64,000 bases of DNA from Octopus bimaculoides (GCF_001194135.2 NC_068986.1:53694085-53758084), one strand, 5' to 3'. Positions 35,081 to 50,098 are shown, numbered from the stretch's first letter. The notes: generated by a model not told the origin, from the sequence alone. Numbers and translations are program-made.

Positions 35081-38000
35081 CCAGGCCAAATCAAACTGGA
35101 ACCTGGTGCAGCTCTGCTTGCCAACTCTGGTCAAACTGTCCACCAACCCATGCCAGTATGGAAAATGGATGTTAAAGGATGATGATGATATATATAGCAG
35201 AGATTTAGAAATTCCAAGTTAGTATATGGTATGTTGTAAGACCACTCCCTTAGCTTTTGTTAAGCATGACTCTGGGTGACAGTAGTAGTGTTCACAGTTA
35301 CACCAGTGGTACAGGTAGACAAGTTCACTCTGTAGCCAAGAAATCAACCAGACAAGGAGACAGACAACTCCAAGCATATAAACCCTCACTGCCTGTGAGT
35401 GCCTGTGAGAAAGGTGAAAGTTAAGGCAGCCAACTCTGACAATAAATTGAGTAAAAAGAGAACATGGGTTCCAGCGATACTGATCCCAAAGACAGTATGA
35501 TGAAGGAATGAATGGATGAGAAGAATGGTGATTGTTTCTGGGGTCTCTAACCTTTGGTCACGAGTATGGGAATTTCCATTCACACATCTGTATGTCTTTT
35601 GTCGAATAAATGCGTAACTTTCACTGATATCTAGAGCAATGTAGGATGTAACTGAAGGTGCAAAAAAAAGAAAAAGTAAATGTACGTGTTCAAACTAAAA
35701 TACTTTGTAATATTCTTTCTTTTTCTTTTTGCCAGTTAAACACTCCCTTCTTACTACACTATCAGAAATGCAGTCAACCAATGAATACTATCATTGTTCA
35801 CGAAAACCTACACTGTATAGGTGCAAGCATGACTGTGCATACAGGTTCAGGTATGGCTGTGCAGTTAAGAAGATCACTTCGCAGTCATCTGATTTTGGAC
35901 TCAGTCCCACAGTGCATACCTTGGAAAAGAGTCCACTACTATAGTCCCAGGTTGACCAATGCCTAGTGAGTGAATTTAGGGGGGGGGGGGACTGTCTAGA
36001 AGCCCATCATATATATCATCATCATTCTTTAATGTCTGTTTTCCATGCTGACATGAGTTGGGTGGTTTGACCAGAGCTGACAAGCAGGAGAGCTGCACCA
36101 GGCCTGATTTGGCTTGGTTTCTATAGCTGGATGCCCTNNNNNNNNNNNNNNNNNNNNNNNNNNNNNNNNNNNNNNNNNNNNNNNNNNNNNNNNNNNNNNN
36201 NNNNNNNNNNNNNNNNNNNNNNNNNNNNNNNNNNNNNNNNNNNNNNNNNNNNNNNNNNNNNNNNNNNNNNNNNNNNNNNNNNNNNNNNNNNNNNNNNNNN
36301 NNNNNNNNNNNNNNNNNNNNNNNNNNNNNNNNNNNNNNNNNNNNNNNNNNNNNNNNNNNNNNNNNNNNNNNNNNNNNNNNNNNNNNNNNNNNNNNNNNNN
36401 NNNNNNNNNNNNNNNNNNNNNNNNNNNNNNNNNNNNNNNNNNNNNNNNNNNNNNNNNNNNNNNNNNNNNNNNNNNNNNNNNNNNNNNNNNNNNNNNNNNN
36501 NNNNNNNNNNNNNNNNNNNNNNNNNNNNNNNNNNNNNNNNNNNNNNNNNNNNNNNNNNNNNNNNNNNNNNNNNNNNNNNNNNNNNNNNNNNNNNNNNNNN
36601 NNNNNNNNNNNNNNNNNNNNNNNNNNNNNNNNNNNNNCTCTCTGAGTGGTTGGCGTTAAGAAGAGCATCCAGCTGTAGAAACTCTGCCAAATCAGATTGG
36701 AGCCTGGTGTAGCCATCTGGTTTCACCAGTCCTCAGTCAAATCGTCCAACTCATGCTAGCATGGAAAGTGGACGTTAAACGACGATGATGATGATACATG
36801 TATGTATATATATATATATATACCAATTCCAGGTGAATGTGCTGTTTTTTTTTTTTTGTAATTGGTAGAATGTTTAGGAACACACAAAAAAAAAAAAGAA
36901 ATAGATTCCATTTCTAAACTTATATTAAGAAAACAAAGTTATACTTCTAGATTAATAATCAGATTTAGACAAAGTTGTACAATACCAAATTACAAGAGAC
37001 ATCCAAGATGGGAAAATGAGAAAAAAGTAGGCAAGCTATCTTTATATGACAATGTAGATAAGGAAGATAGAGTGGTTTGTCTTATAACCAGAGTCGATGT
37101 TGAGAAATAGGTAAGAAGGGAAATGATCAAACTGGATGTAACAGATGGAAAGAAACAACATAGATGTTATGGTTTTAAATGTTGTTACGTTGTCATTATT
37201 GTTATTTAACTCCAGGTCAAACCTTACTGAGGTTTATCATCATATATATATATATCATCATCATTTAACGTCCGCCTTCCAGGCTTGCATGGGTGGGACC
37301 GTTTCATAAGAGCCGGCTAGGCCAAAGCCTGTACCAGACTTCTATGACTGTTTTGGCAGGATTTTTACAGCTGGATGCCCTTCCTAACACCAACCACTCA
37401 GCAATATATATATATCCCTATATCAAAGTATTAAACAGACTGTCAGATGTTATACACTGCTGGTCACATATTGAGCTTCTCATTCTTTTAGTTTTTGAAT
37501 GATACCACCGAACTTGTTAAGCAAGCAGACCAACATTCTCTATGACCAGAAGGCTATTCCATCACTCAGTGGACTGGAGCAACATGAAATGAAGTGTTTT
37601 GTCAAGAACTCAATGCACTACCTGATCCAGGAATTGAAACTAGGATCTAGTGACCACGAATGCAATACCCTTAACACTAGGTCATGTGCCTTCACACACA
37701 CACACACTGTTGACAGGCAGTCTTTGACTTCTTCAGTCCAAAGGATTTTTAACCCACAGGCATGTCATTTAGGCCATGTCTCCCACTCCATACCCACTCT
37801 TCTTAGCTGAGAGGCGTTTGTCTTGCAGGCTCATTGGTGCCATGTTAAAGGCACTCATGCCGGTGCTACATTAAAAGTACTTGTGTCAGTGCTGCATTAA
37901 AAGCACTTATGCCAGTGCCACATAAGAGGCACTCATCCAGTACCACATTAAAAGCATTCATACTTGTGTCAAGTTAAAAACACTCATTACACTTTGTGAA

Positions 38001-41000
38001 GTCGTAGGTGTTAGGAAGAGCATCCAGCTGTAGAAACCATGCCAAAACACATAACTGAAACTTGAACAGCTTCCAGGCTGACCAGATTCTGTCAAACCAT
38101 CCAACCCATGTCAGCATGGAAAACAGACGTTAAATGATGATTATACACACACACACACATAATTGCATTTGTCTGTGCTTGTCCCCCACCCCCACTACTT
38201 AACAACCAGTGTCGGTTTGTTTATGACTCCGTAATTTAGCAGTTTGGCAACAGACACTAATAGAATTAGTAACAAATTTAAAGGTATACACACACACACA
38301 CACTATACATGTATGCTTATAAGTATACACATACACGCAAACATAGTTTATTTGAAGATACAACACAACTACAAAATACATATCCATACAACCTTCTCTA
38401 AAATACAAAAATTGGTGCTGTAAATATGACTAAAGTGAAAATATCTACTTCCAAAGATTTTATAGTATAGATACACATCATTAAAACTTTCTATTTCAAA
38501 TCCTCAAGATGTTTCATTCCTGTACCAAACAAACCAATCTTTTTAGTTTCATTTTTATTTTTCATTTTCAAAACTAGGTTATTGATAATGATGAAAGTGA
38601 TAGTGATAGTGATGGTGGTGGTGGTGACAGGAAGTTCAAAGTAATGACAGAGTAGTAGGGAATCACAATGAATGACAAAGGAAGAAAAAAGGAGGGAAAG
38701 TACAAAAATGAAAAAAAGAAAAACAGCAAATAGGTTTTGTTTGTAGCACATAATTGGCATTGATGACAAATCTATGGCTCATCCAAGTAGAATTTCAAAT
38801 CCTGAAAACAATGCAAAATTCTACAGCTATGATTACATAGCTACAAGTCCACAAAGGTGGTGGGAGTTACATGACTGTTGGACCTGCTACATATAACAGC
38901 AAATTTCTTTCAGCTCATTCACATTGTTCAGTCTTAAAAACAAGGATACATTGGATCCCGACATTCTACATTAGATCTTAGAAAACAAAATTAAAACGAA
39001 AAGCAGTGATAGACAGGATGCCTTTGATTAAATCAACAAAATAAAACAGCTCAACCCCTTCCCAAGAAAAAGAATTTAAAAATAGAGGTGCAAATTTTTT
39101 TTTATGTATAAAAAAAAAAAGACAGACATGAGATGGCAGTTAATAACTTTGGAAAATAGAAGCTTTGAACCAAGAGGAAGTTTGTGAGAGATAGTTGCTG
39201 AGATAGAAAAGAAGAAAAGCTTCATCACAAAATTAATATTTCTTGTGATGATTCTAATGATGATGGCGGTGGTATTTAATGATGGTGGTAGTGTTACTGC
39301 TGCTGAAGATGATGATGATGCTAGTGGTAGTGGTTGATGATAATAATAACAATAAGTTACTGGGGGGGTGATTGATGATGATAGTTGTTGGTGTTGGTAG
39401 CCGTATTGCTATTTGATCACAGCAGAGGTGGATGCTGACAATTGCACTTAATTATGTGCCCGCTATAATATATGTGCATATGCACATACACACACAACTT
39501 AAGTATTGGTAGAGAACAGAAACTCACTATGCAAGTATCTTTATGTTTGTAGCAATGAAAAAAAAATTTTAACTATTAAAAAAAAGAAAAGCATCAACCA
39601 ATTGAATTCAAACAGTAAACGCAGAAGAAACACAACTTGAAAGATTCAATTTTAAACACCACCCATTTTCCCTCTCCACTTTTACAAAACCAACACCACC
39701 ACTTCAGAAGAGGGAACAAATTAACAGAATATTTTTGCAACACAAATTTCTGTTAGAAATTATGGATGCTTCTCCAAATCACAAGGTAGAGGGAGATCAT
39801 AAATAAATAAACAAACAAACAAACAGTCTACAAATCCATGAATGGGAGCATGGGGCAATGTTTAGCTGCTCATGTTTCATGATATTCAGTGGAGATAATA
39901 GATTACAAATCTCCACATGGATAAGATGCAAGTCTATCACAAGATAACATTCCCAAGTGATTTAGTTGGTACCCCATTCTTAAACATCTAAATGAAACTG
40001 AGATGTGTGTATGTGAGAGAGAGAGTGTGTGCACATGCACATATACACATGCACGTATACACATGTATATATGATAGACTGACAGTCAGACAGATAGATT
40101 GCAACATAAGAGTTGTACAATATAGTAAAAATATATTTTACCAAATCCAAACACACTCTGTGTGTGTGTGTGTGTGTGTTCATCATCATCATTTAACATC
40201 CACTTTTCCATACTCGCATGGGTCAGACAGGATTTGCTGGGGCAGATTTTTATGGCTAGGTGCCTTTCCTGTCACCAGCCCCCACCTATTTCCAAATGAG
40301 GAAAGATTTCCCCCAAGACCAGATACATTATATAATTGGAAACAAGACAATACTTGCATGACATTGACACTTGTTGCCAACTATCATACGATGTCAAGGT
40401 GAGGAAACACAAACACACTCACACATATGAACACATACATCAGTCTCCAACTACCATATTCCTTTGGAACTATAATAGAAAATACTTGACTGAGCTGCTA
40501 CGCAGAGGGACTGAGCCTAGTAGTTAGGAAGTAGACTTCTTAATACAAAACCACACCTGTATCTTTTAATTGTCTTAGTCATTAGACTGTGGCCATGCTG
40601 GAGCACCACATTCATGAATTTTAGTCAAGTGTATTGACCCCAGTATTTATTTTTTCTTTTAAACCTGTGTCTTTTGCCAAACCATTAAGTTAAGAGACAC
40701 ACCAACACCATATGTCCTTTTATCACACATATACAATGGGTTTCCTTCAGTTTCCATCTACCAAATTCACTCACAAGGTTTCGGTCAGCCCAAGGTTGTA
40801 GTAGAAGACACTTGCCCAAGATGTCACACAGTGAGACTGAACCTGGAACCATATGTGGTTGGGAAGCAAACTTCTTACCACACAGCCATGTTTATGTCAA
40901 TATATGTATTTGAAAAAATGAGGAGAAATTACTTTTCTGAAAATTTTCCTCACCTTAATAATTAGATGTTTATAAATCATAATGCATAAGCACCTACTGA

Positions 41001-41365
41001 TTTATAAACATTTATAAACTGATTTATAAAAATGTTCAAGTAGAAAAATTTTTCAGGTAAGCCATTTCTATTTTTTTTTTTTTTTTTTTTTCAAATATAT
41101 AATACTGTACCAAGGCACTCATAAGTTGGGTAGTATGACCAGAGCTGACAAACGGCATTCATCCAGTACCACATTAAAAGCACTCGTACTTGTGTTAAGT
41201 TAAAAGCACTCATTACACTTTGTGAAGTAGTAGGTGTTAGGAAGGGCATCCAGCTGTAGAAACCATGCCAAAACACACAACTGAAACTTGGACAGCTTCC
41301 AGGCTGACCAGCTTCTATCAAACCATCCAACCCATGTCAGCATGGAAAACAGACGCTAAATGATG

Positions 41366-41429
<64 letters not shown>

Positions 41430-41997
41430 GTTTAAACTATGTAAAACTAGGTATCACACACATGTAATGCTAAATGTCTGTCGTTTTCAAGAATGCAAAA
41501 GATGAGATGATGATAATCCTTACTAGGATTTATTTAGGCCACCTTGAGTGGTCCTCATATTTCAAGAAACTTCTCTCACCCATGTCTCTTTGAGTGAGAG
41601 GAAAGGCAAGACTAGTAGATCTGGGAGAGAGAGAGTGAGAAACAACCGGCTGCAGAGGTTGTCAATAGAGTTAGCAATGCTAGAATCCAAAACCTTAATG
41701 GAGGACGCCCTCGTCCCACTCCATTTTTAGGTTTGATGGATGCTTCCTGACTCCTTGCAGACAGATATTGCTTTTTTTCTTTTTTCTATTTTTGTCCTGT
41801 CAGAATTTTCATCCACTCTCAACACACCAATGTTTCCCAACCTATTTTCCCTAGGCTACACTATAACTTTCCAGAAAAACCTATGCCCCACCAGTGCTTG
41901 GAAAAAAAAAGACTTTATTTTTAATATTTTATCACAATTATTTAAACACAGAAGTATCTATCAGTAACTCTTTTATTAAATACTGAGTACAGAAAAG

Positions 41998-42345
41998 TGA
42001 AGGCCCATGGCTCAGTAATTAGAGTGCAGGGCTCACAGTCATGAAGTAGTGAGTTCGATTCCTAGGCCAGGCTGTGTGCTGTGTTCTTTAGCAAGACACT
42101 TTATTTCATGGAGCTTGAGTTCACCAAGCTGTAGAAATGAGTTGCAACATCACTGGTGCCAAGCTGTATTGGCCTTTGCCTTTCCCTTGGATAACATCAG
42201 TGGCGTGCAGTAGGAAGGGTGGTATGCATGGGCAACTGCTAGTCTTCTATAAACAGCCTTGCCCAGACTTGTGCCTTGGATGGGAACTTTCTAGGTGCAA
42301 TCCCATGATCATTCATGACAGAAGGAGGTCTTTACCCTTTACAAA
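41998..42345 (+). mobile_element. tRNA-derived CORE-type SINE family S4
   Basis: A box TGGCTCAGTAATTAG, B box GAGTTCGATTCC, then TGTGTTCTT.AGCAAGACACTTTATTTCA. A related head lies at 59415-59730(+) and a body fragment at about 56005-56110. Confidence 0.75.
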
Positions 42346-45300
42346 AAAAATAAACAACATTATTGACTAGGGGGAAAAAAAGTGAATCACTTTAATGAGA
42401 ACCTTGTGCCTGGCAACTACAGCACCATGCCCCACCACAATTTTCCCAGGTTCCATACGCAGGGTGTATACCCATGCTGGGAATCACTGCACTAGAGTAA
42501 GACCTCACAGTGATGTTGTCCAACCTCAAAGCAAGCAGTGGTGATAACTTGTAGCAAATCATTTTCGATGTGACCTTACACATACACACAATATATCCTG
42601 CCTCCACACTCCCAAGAGAAAAAGAACAGAAAAGATTTGAACCATAAAGTTGTTATGAAATGGTAGTATAATACCCTATCCACAAGGCACCTTCACCTCC
42701 ACAAAGTCAGTTGTCATAAAGCCAATCACAGCTTCAGTTCTGCTAAGCAGGCAGCAAACTTACCACCACTGCCTTCATTTCAATGGCATGTCTCCAATAG
42801 CTGTGTCCATTGAATCATTAATGTCTTCCTCAGAGATACTACAGAACTTGAACTAGTAACACACTGTCTGAATCACTTGGTCACTTGGCCTTTACAACCA
42901 TCATCATCAGTGTTGTTGTTTTAACATTTGTTTTTCCATAGCATCATGAGTTGATCACCTGTCTTAGCTTTCCTCTCCTAGAAATACTCTCCATCATTGT
43001 TTATTTCCAGACCAGCTTTAGTCAAGCAGACCAATAATCAATGGCAACCCAGCTGTGATCACCCCATCCATTTTCATTCAAGCAATATATCTAGAACAAC
43101 AGTATTCAGTGCATACTTCCTTTTTTAAGATGATAGGGTGTGGTTGGAGTAAGATTTGGCTGCTATTTCTAGCACATTCAACAACTGCAACAGGCTCCCT
43201 CTTTGGCATGTAGACAAAACTCTTTGTTGCTGTTTAACTCCCAATCAAACAAATCTATGATCAAAGGTATTCCCACCATGATAATCTCATCCTTAAGAAA
43301 TATCTCGCAGACTACATCATTTTGTATGTCCTTCACTTTTTTAAAGATGCTCAAGTATTATTTGAAGGATTTGGCTACTATGTCTAGCAGGTCAAATGAC
43401 AACAATAGAGACTTTCTCATTGGCTCAAGAAATCCTTTGCCCCTTGCATAAGTAACAATTCCCAGGACACAAAAAGTTAACTCAAGAAAACCCAATGAAA
43501 TTTCATTCTATTGCCAACTGTTAATTCAATTCACTGCCAGTGCCTACAAATACATAACTCAAAATAGCAGTCAAATCTTTCTCAAATCACACTTTACTAT
43601 TTAAAACAAAAAAAAAAGGAACAAACACACTGGATAATGTAATCTTAGATACGCTAGTGTTGGGAAATAAAACAATACAGTTAAGGCTGAAATAACTTTT
43701 ATTAGAGATCTTCTCAACCAAAGTCAAACTGGGGTTCAACAACAACAGAACAAATAGTCAAGCCAGTGAGAAGGTCTCTATGTGGTCACTGGATCTGCAA
43801 AAAACAGCAACCAAATCTTCAATTCACAGTATACTATCTTAGAAGAGGAAGAACAATAACTGATGTAGCCATGGATATAAAAAATACAGCTAGCCTCAAT
43901 CATGAGCAAGTAAGGCATGGTAACATGTACAATGTTTTTACCAATTGTTTTAGGCATCCATGTTAGTCATAAGCACACAGACACCCTCTCAAACCCCTCA
44001 CCCATGTCTAAGTGGAACATCCAGGGCATTACAGCTAAAGAGAGAAGCTGCACCAACACCCAGATGGTATTATCGCATCTGAGCTGACTGGAACAGCATA
44101 AAATAGAATGACTTTCTCAAAGGTACAACGTGCCACCCTAACCCGGAATTACACTCACAACCATTTGTTCATGAACATTCTAACCAGTACACTATGCACT
44201 TTCACCAGCCATAGATATAGTATGATTGAAAACAAGGGGATACAGTGATGACTGGAGCCTATTTCATCACAGATCTACACAATCGGGATTGATATGACTA
44301 AACAATAGAAAATACAGAGTAAAGCAGAAGTAGTTAATTCCATATATTAACTCTATATATGAAAAGAAACAAGACAGAGAGGTTCTTTCCAGTCCAAGTC
44401 ACACTGGACAGCCTCTCCAGTATCAGTGGCACAATAAAAATGAACCCAGCATTCTATAAGTGGTAGTTGATAGGAAAACACCCAGCCATAGAAACCATGC
44501 CCAAAATTAAACAAATGAACAAGATGTAGATTTCACAAGCTGCATTACAGGATGCCTGTCTAGAAGGTCGGTAACACTAATTAAGAACTACCATGGATCA
44601 TGACAACCCACTGGGCCCAGCAAGGAAAAATGAACATAAAACTGGTGGTGATGACACTGACACCAACATAGTTTAGCAACAAATTTTTTCTTCATGCTTG
44701 TTTAAAATGAATAAGACTTCACTATTGCATGTTTTCTCAAATTTATTCCTTCATGTATCCAAATGAAAATTCTCTATATTCTATTTGAATACATAACCAT
44801 GAAGATCCATAACGTTCTTCTCTGGGACACTAATTTCTATGTACAGATCTGAGCTTCATTAAAATAATCTAACACTTACAATATTACATCTATTATGCTG
44901 AATAAGAGTGTATATCAATTCACATTGGGCAAGTGTTTTCTACTATATATAACCCAGAGCTAACAAAAGCCTTTTGAGTAGATTTGGAAGACAGAAAAGA
45001 AACCCATTTACACACACATAGGTACATGTGTGTGTCTCCTCGTGTTGACATGAGATATTTGTAAAGGCAAATCAGTGTCATAAAAAGGAAAAAAAAACAC
45101 AAGTGGTCTTGTTTATTTCCAATTTCCCATGAAACATGACCAGCCACAGGAATATTATCTTAATTAAAAACAGTTAAGATTTAATGACACAAAGGGCATC
45201 CAACCATAGAACATCTACCTCAATAAATTCTGTTTGACCAATGCTAACAGGGGGAAGTTGACATTAAAACGATGATGACAACATACCACAGTATGCAAAT

Positions 45301-46628
45301 TGGTACACTCACGTTTGAGACATCAACCAAAGATCTCCTCCAGTTTAATAATACATAAGTTCTTGTTAATAAATTAATACCTCTCATCATAATTGTAAAG
45401 TAAGAACTTTTTGTTAAATAATGTTTCAAACACCAGATTAATTATGAAATGATTAATTATATCACTAAACTCTTCTAAATTATTGAGTAATTTTTTCAAA
45501 TTAATTAATGCACATAAAGCAGTGAATTTCATTACAAATATATTTAAGGTCATGAAAGTGTAAGAAAACATTTTCTAAATAGTTAGGAACTGTTCGTTCT
45601 CAGTATCACAACAATAACAGTTACACTTTGGTTTTAAAGGCTTTAGAAGTTCAAAACTGTGAGACCAATACTTACATTGCGTTACTAATGTTTGCCAGGA
45701 ATACCCAACTTTCACTCCATAGACTATATATTTTTTCTTTTGTAACTTTAGGTATACATACACTAATATGTTATATAGTTTTATAATTGTTTGAATATGA
45801 AAAATAGCTTAAAGAATATTATATACTATTGAAAATAAATACTTAAAAAGTAGAATATAACAGCATATGTATGTTTTATAACAGGAGTTGGAACCTCTCG
45901 CTTGTGAATAAAATTTCACTTGGATTCAAATTTGAAACTTTCCACTGCCAAAGTCACTAAAAGCCTTTATGAATTTTTTCCAGTTATAAAACCAAAACAC
46001 TGAATGCAAGTGTCATATCTATGAATTTGCAAAATTAAAAATTAATTTTCTCAGCACAGATGTTTTTTAATCTACTTGCAATCTGTTCTTCATACCAAAA
46101 CGAGTTCCCCATCCCTGTTCTAAAAAGACAAAATGCACCTACCATGACATAACCAACTGATCTAAAATGCTTTAAATAAACAATAATCTCATAATTACAC
46201 AACTAGAGATGACTCCATAAAATAGTTTACAATCAATTCAATATTTGTGCTGTGCTGCTGAAAGCTAGTGTATGTCTCCCAAGTTGAAGTCCACAAGACC
46301 AAATGTATTTTAAGTATGTTAATATATTGGTGCAATGGTTGTGTGGTTAAAAAGTTCCCTTCATAGCTATATGCTTCCAGATTCAATCCTCTTAAGTGAA
46401 CCTTAAGTTAATGCACTGTAGACCTCTTGATTTAATGGGTCCTTTTCTAAGATAGCCAGGTGCTATTTGAGAGAAATTTGCTTGCTGTTTCTAGTAGATC
46501 AAGCAACCACACAAACTTTTTCATTGGATTTATTGGTTAGTGTCCTTTAGAGCAATATTTCAAATAGAGATGGAGAAGGAAACTATAAGCACTGTAAAGA
46601 GGACAGAAAAATGCCAAATTTAATCAAA

Positions 46629-46808
46629 TTAACCCTTTAATCAAATTAACCAGATCAGGCCTCTCACACATACCCTACAATGTCATTCCAAAAATATACA
46701 ATCACATCATCAAAATCTCAAAGCTACGAGATAATGTGTGATTCATTCAGAACAATAGGAATAAATAAGCATCACATTTGATAGAGTATCTGAATGCTAA
46801 AGGGTTAA
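46629..46808. mobile_element. TTAA-flanked MITE (piggyBac-like termini); second copy at 47052-47281
   Basis: TTAA|CCCTTT...TGCTAAAGGG|TTAA. The internal sequence is shared with 47110-47281. Confidence 0.6.
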
Positions 46809-46811
46809 GAT

Positions 46812-47050
46812 GGTATGGACATGTAATAAATATGGATGATGACAGATGAGTGAAAAGGTGGTAGGAACCAATGGAAGAGGAAAACTAAGGAAGACATGAG
46901 TATAAATGGTGAAGGCTGATCTCAGGAAGATGAAACTCAGAAAAGAGATGACAAAAAAATGCAGCAAGTGGTGGGATGCAGTGTTGGATAGGACCTAGCC
47001 AACTCATGCAAGCATTGAAAAAACAGATGTGAAAACGATTATGATGATGG
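46812..47050 (+). mobile_element. RTE LINE extreme 3' end (ORF2 C-terminus plus tail)
   Basis: WYGHVINMDDDR..GTNGRGKLRKT*..VKADLRKM..WWDAVL, followed by CCAACTCATGCAAGCATTGAAAA..GATG(T)..ATGATGATG, the same tail as family S3. Confidence 0.75.
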
Positions 47051-49677
47051 TTTAAAACTTCTTAGCATCTAAACAAACTATATCCAGCGCAAATACTGTA
47101 CCTGCTTTATGTTCAAACCAGCCAGATCTGGCCTCTCACACATACCTTACAATATCATTGTAAAAAAAAACAACAACATGATCGAAATCTTGGATCTATG
47201 AGATAATGCATGATTAATTCAAAACAATGTGAATAAATAAGTATTACATTTGACAGGGTAATCTGAATGCTAAAGAGTTAAACTTGTCCCATATTATAGC
47301 AAAGAAAGAAAGACTTATATGGATGCCAAATCTTTCGTCCTCTCATAAATAACATTTCTAATATTCTAGCAGGGTGCTGGTAGATGTCAGTTTCTCTAAG
47401 AAGAATGTTTGAAGGATGGAATCTAACATACTGAGATTGATAGCAAAGAGAAACAATGAAATAATCTTTTTTTTTTTGTAGGTCACATTTACTTCTAATC
47501 ATGTTTGGTATATTTAGAAATGATGTGTCAAGAGTTCAATCTTCAGGTGCTGATATTAAAGGTTGAGGTTGATAAAATGGAAGATATATCAGTTTGATAC
47601 TATAGTCAAAATTCAAAATTGATGTGTGTCTGTGTGCATGCAAATGCAGGTTTTTCATATAGGTGTATCTAATATATAGACATCTATGCACACATACAAA
47701 TATATACACATACAAATATATACACATACACATCTGCAATCCATGCATACAAATAACTGATTTCAGTTATTGGACTGTGACCATACTGGACATGATACTG
47801 ACCACAGTTTTTATTTCAGTTTTCTACTCATCTCTATTCTTTTGGACAACTAAAAAAGATAATACTAATTTCAAGCTTAGACAGTAGGCCACACATTTCA
47901 GAAAGGCACATTAAATTACATTGACCTCAATATGTAACTGGTACACATTGTATCAACTATAGATGGATGAAAGGTAAAGTTGAGTCTGGCACAACGAACT
48001 TTGCCAAAGTTGACTTCCTTTCCTACTCTTTGAATTTGAACAACATCTTAGGCACACAGCAGTTTCAATGGGAGCAAGTTAGCTAATTGCATCAACTCCA
48101 GTACATCAATGGTACCTTATTTTACTGGTCCCAACCCCCCACCCCCGCCCACAAAAAAAAAGGAGGATAGACTAAGTCAACTTGTTGACTTCAGTAGGAC
48201 TTGAACATAACAATAAATAATTGTTTCTGATTTAGGCACAAGGCCAGCAAATCTGACTGGTACTTTATTTAATCAACCCCAAAAGGATGAGAGCCAAAGA
48301 GAACTGAAAAGGAGACTTTACAGTGATACTTAAAAAAACAACAAATTATAGTACAAACTATGTTCTGTGAAACATTAAGATTCAAAGATACATCACCATC
48401 TCTGTTTTTTTTTTGCTCTTTTTCTTTCTCTCTCTCTCTCTCTCTCAACAGCCTAACTCTTCCACCTGAACTCTCATTNNNNNNNNNNNNNNNNNNNNNN
48501 NNNNNNNNNNNNNNNNNNNNNNNNNNNNNNNNTTATAGTACAAACTATGTTCTGTGAAACATTAAGATTCAAAGATACATCACCATCTCTGTTTTTTTTT
48601 TGCTCTTTTTCTTTCTCTCTCTCTCTCTCTCTCAACAGCCTAACTCTTCCACCTGAACTCTCATTCTCTTTTCCTCTCCCTCCACCCATTCTACAAACAT
48701 CAGTAAGATAGTTCTTGTTATTTTTATGTATAAGATGGGTATGTGAACTACTACCCAAGTTAGCATTTCACAACAACCACACATCTTGTTAAGATCCATA
48801 CCTACCACTTACACATGCCAATATATATATCTACCTACACACACACACACACAGACATTTATTATATATTTAAGAAAGTTTGAGCTTATACATATTTCCT
48901 TGCTCCCCATCACCACCACCACAGCTCCACAAAAGCACTGACTGTATTTTACTATTCTACTCCTCTTCCAGCACCTCACAGAAAGTTTTGCCATTTCCAA
49001 TCTTTCTCTTTCCTTTCTCTCTAGTTCTTTATTCTCTTTTCTATCTTCTCTTTCTCCCCACTTTACTATTATTCAATTAGTTTACTCACTTTCTCTGTCT
49101 CTCACATACTTTCCAGTTTTCATTCTTCTTTCTCCTGTTCTAATACTACCAACATCTCATTCAATTCTTTGCTTCCCTTTCTCTTTCCCTTTCAAAATGA
49201 AGTAGCAAGGTGACAGTTTTAGCAGAAGACTTGATTAATACAGAGCTTCAGCTGACCATGCCAGTACCAGTCAATTACTAAAAGTGACCAAATCAGCTGA
49301 TTGTAATTAGTTTAAGCAGAGGAAAGTCAAATGGTTACAAGTTCAAATTATGGTCATAGTCAAATTTGCCTCCTCCCTTACAAGCAATTTGTTACAAATG
49401 AAGTTTCCAACACTAATGTCATAAAATGAGGTTTTCCATAAGCACATATTTTGATCTGGTTAACAAATCTGGTTAACAAATCCACTTCAATCAAACCAAT
49501 TCCATCATATCTGCAGAACTTCCTACACCTATACAAAAAAAAGAGAGAGAGAGAAAAACGAAACAAAAAACTTCTCCAGATGGTTCATGGTCTCTGTGGT
49601 GCTCTCTGAACAATAAATGCACCAATGGTATCCAATACTATTTGTCAAGGAAACCCAAACAGGTGAGAATGGCTAGT

Positions 49678-49898
49678 CCTACTCTTTTACTTGTTTCAGT
49701 CTTTTGACTGTAACCATGCTAGAGCACCGCCTTTAGTCAAGCAACTCAACCCCAGGACTTATTCTTTGGAAGCCTAGTACTTATTCTATCGGTCTCTTTG
49801 GCCGAACCGCAAAGTTACAGGGACGTAAACACACCAGCATCAGTTGTCAAGCGATGTTGGGGGGACAAACACAGAAACGCAAACACATACACACATAC

Positions 49899-49943
<45 letters not shown>

Positions 49944-50098
49944 TACGACGGGCTTCTTTCAGTTTCCGTTTACCAAATCCACTCACAAGGCTTTGGTCGG
50001 CCCGAGGCTATAGTAGAAGACACTTGCCAAAGGTGCTACGCAGTGGGACTGAACCCGGAACCATGTTGTTGGTAAGCAAGCTACTTACCACATAGCCA
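49678..50098 (-). mobile_element. SINE family S1, full-length intronic copy
   Basis: Colinear with 6672-7074 throughout. Confidence 0.85.

Noticed and set aside
37835-37990. Repeat arrays here and at 61064-61280 as CRISPR-like
   Set aside because: The context is eukaryotic, the units are contiguous and degenerate without unique spacers, and no cas genes are present.
41998-42080. tRNA-like A/B boxes here and at about 4840, 7040, 26400 and 59420
   Set aside because: They are followed by SINE bodies and do not form complete cloverleafs, so they are SINE heads rather than tRNA genes.
48347-48664. Exact ~130-bp direct repeat on either side of a 55-N gap
   Set aside because: Identical sequence ending and restarting at a gap is the signature of unmerged overlapping contig ends, so it is most likely an assembly artefact.
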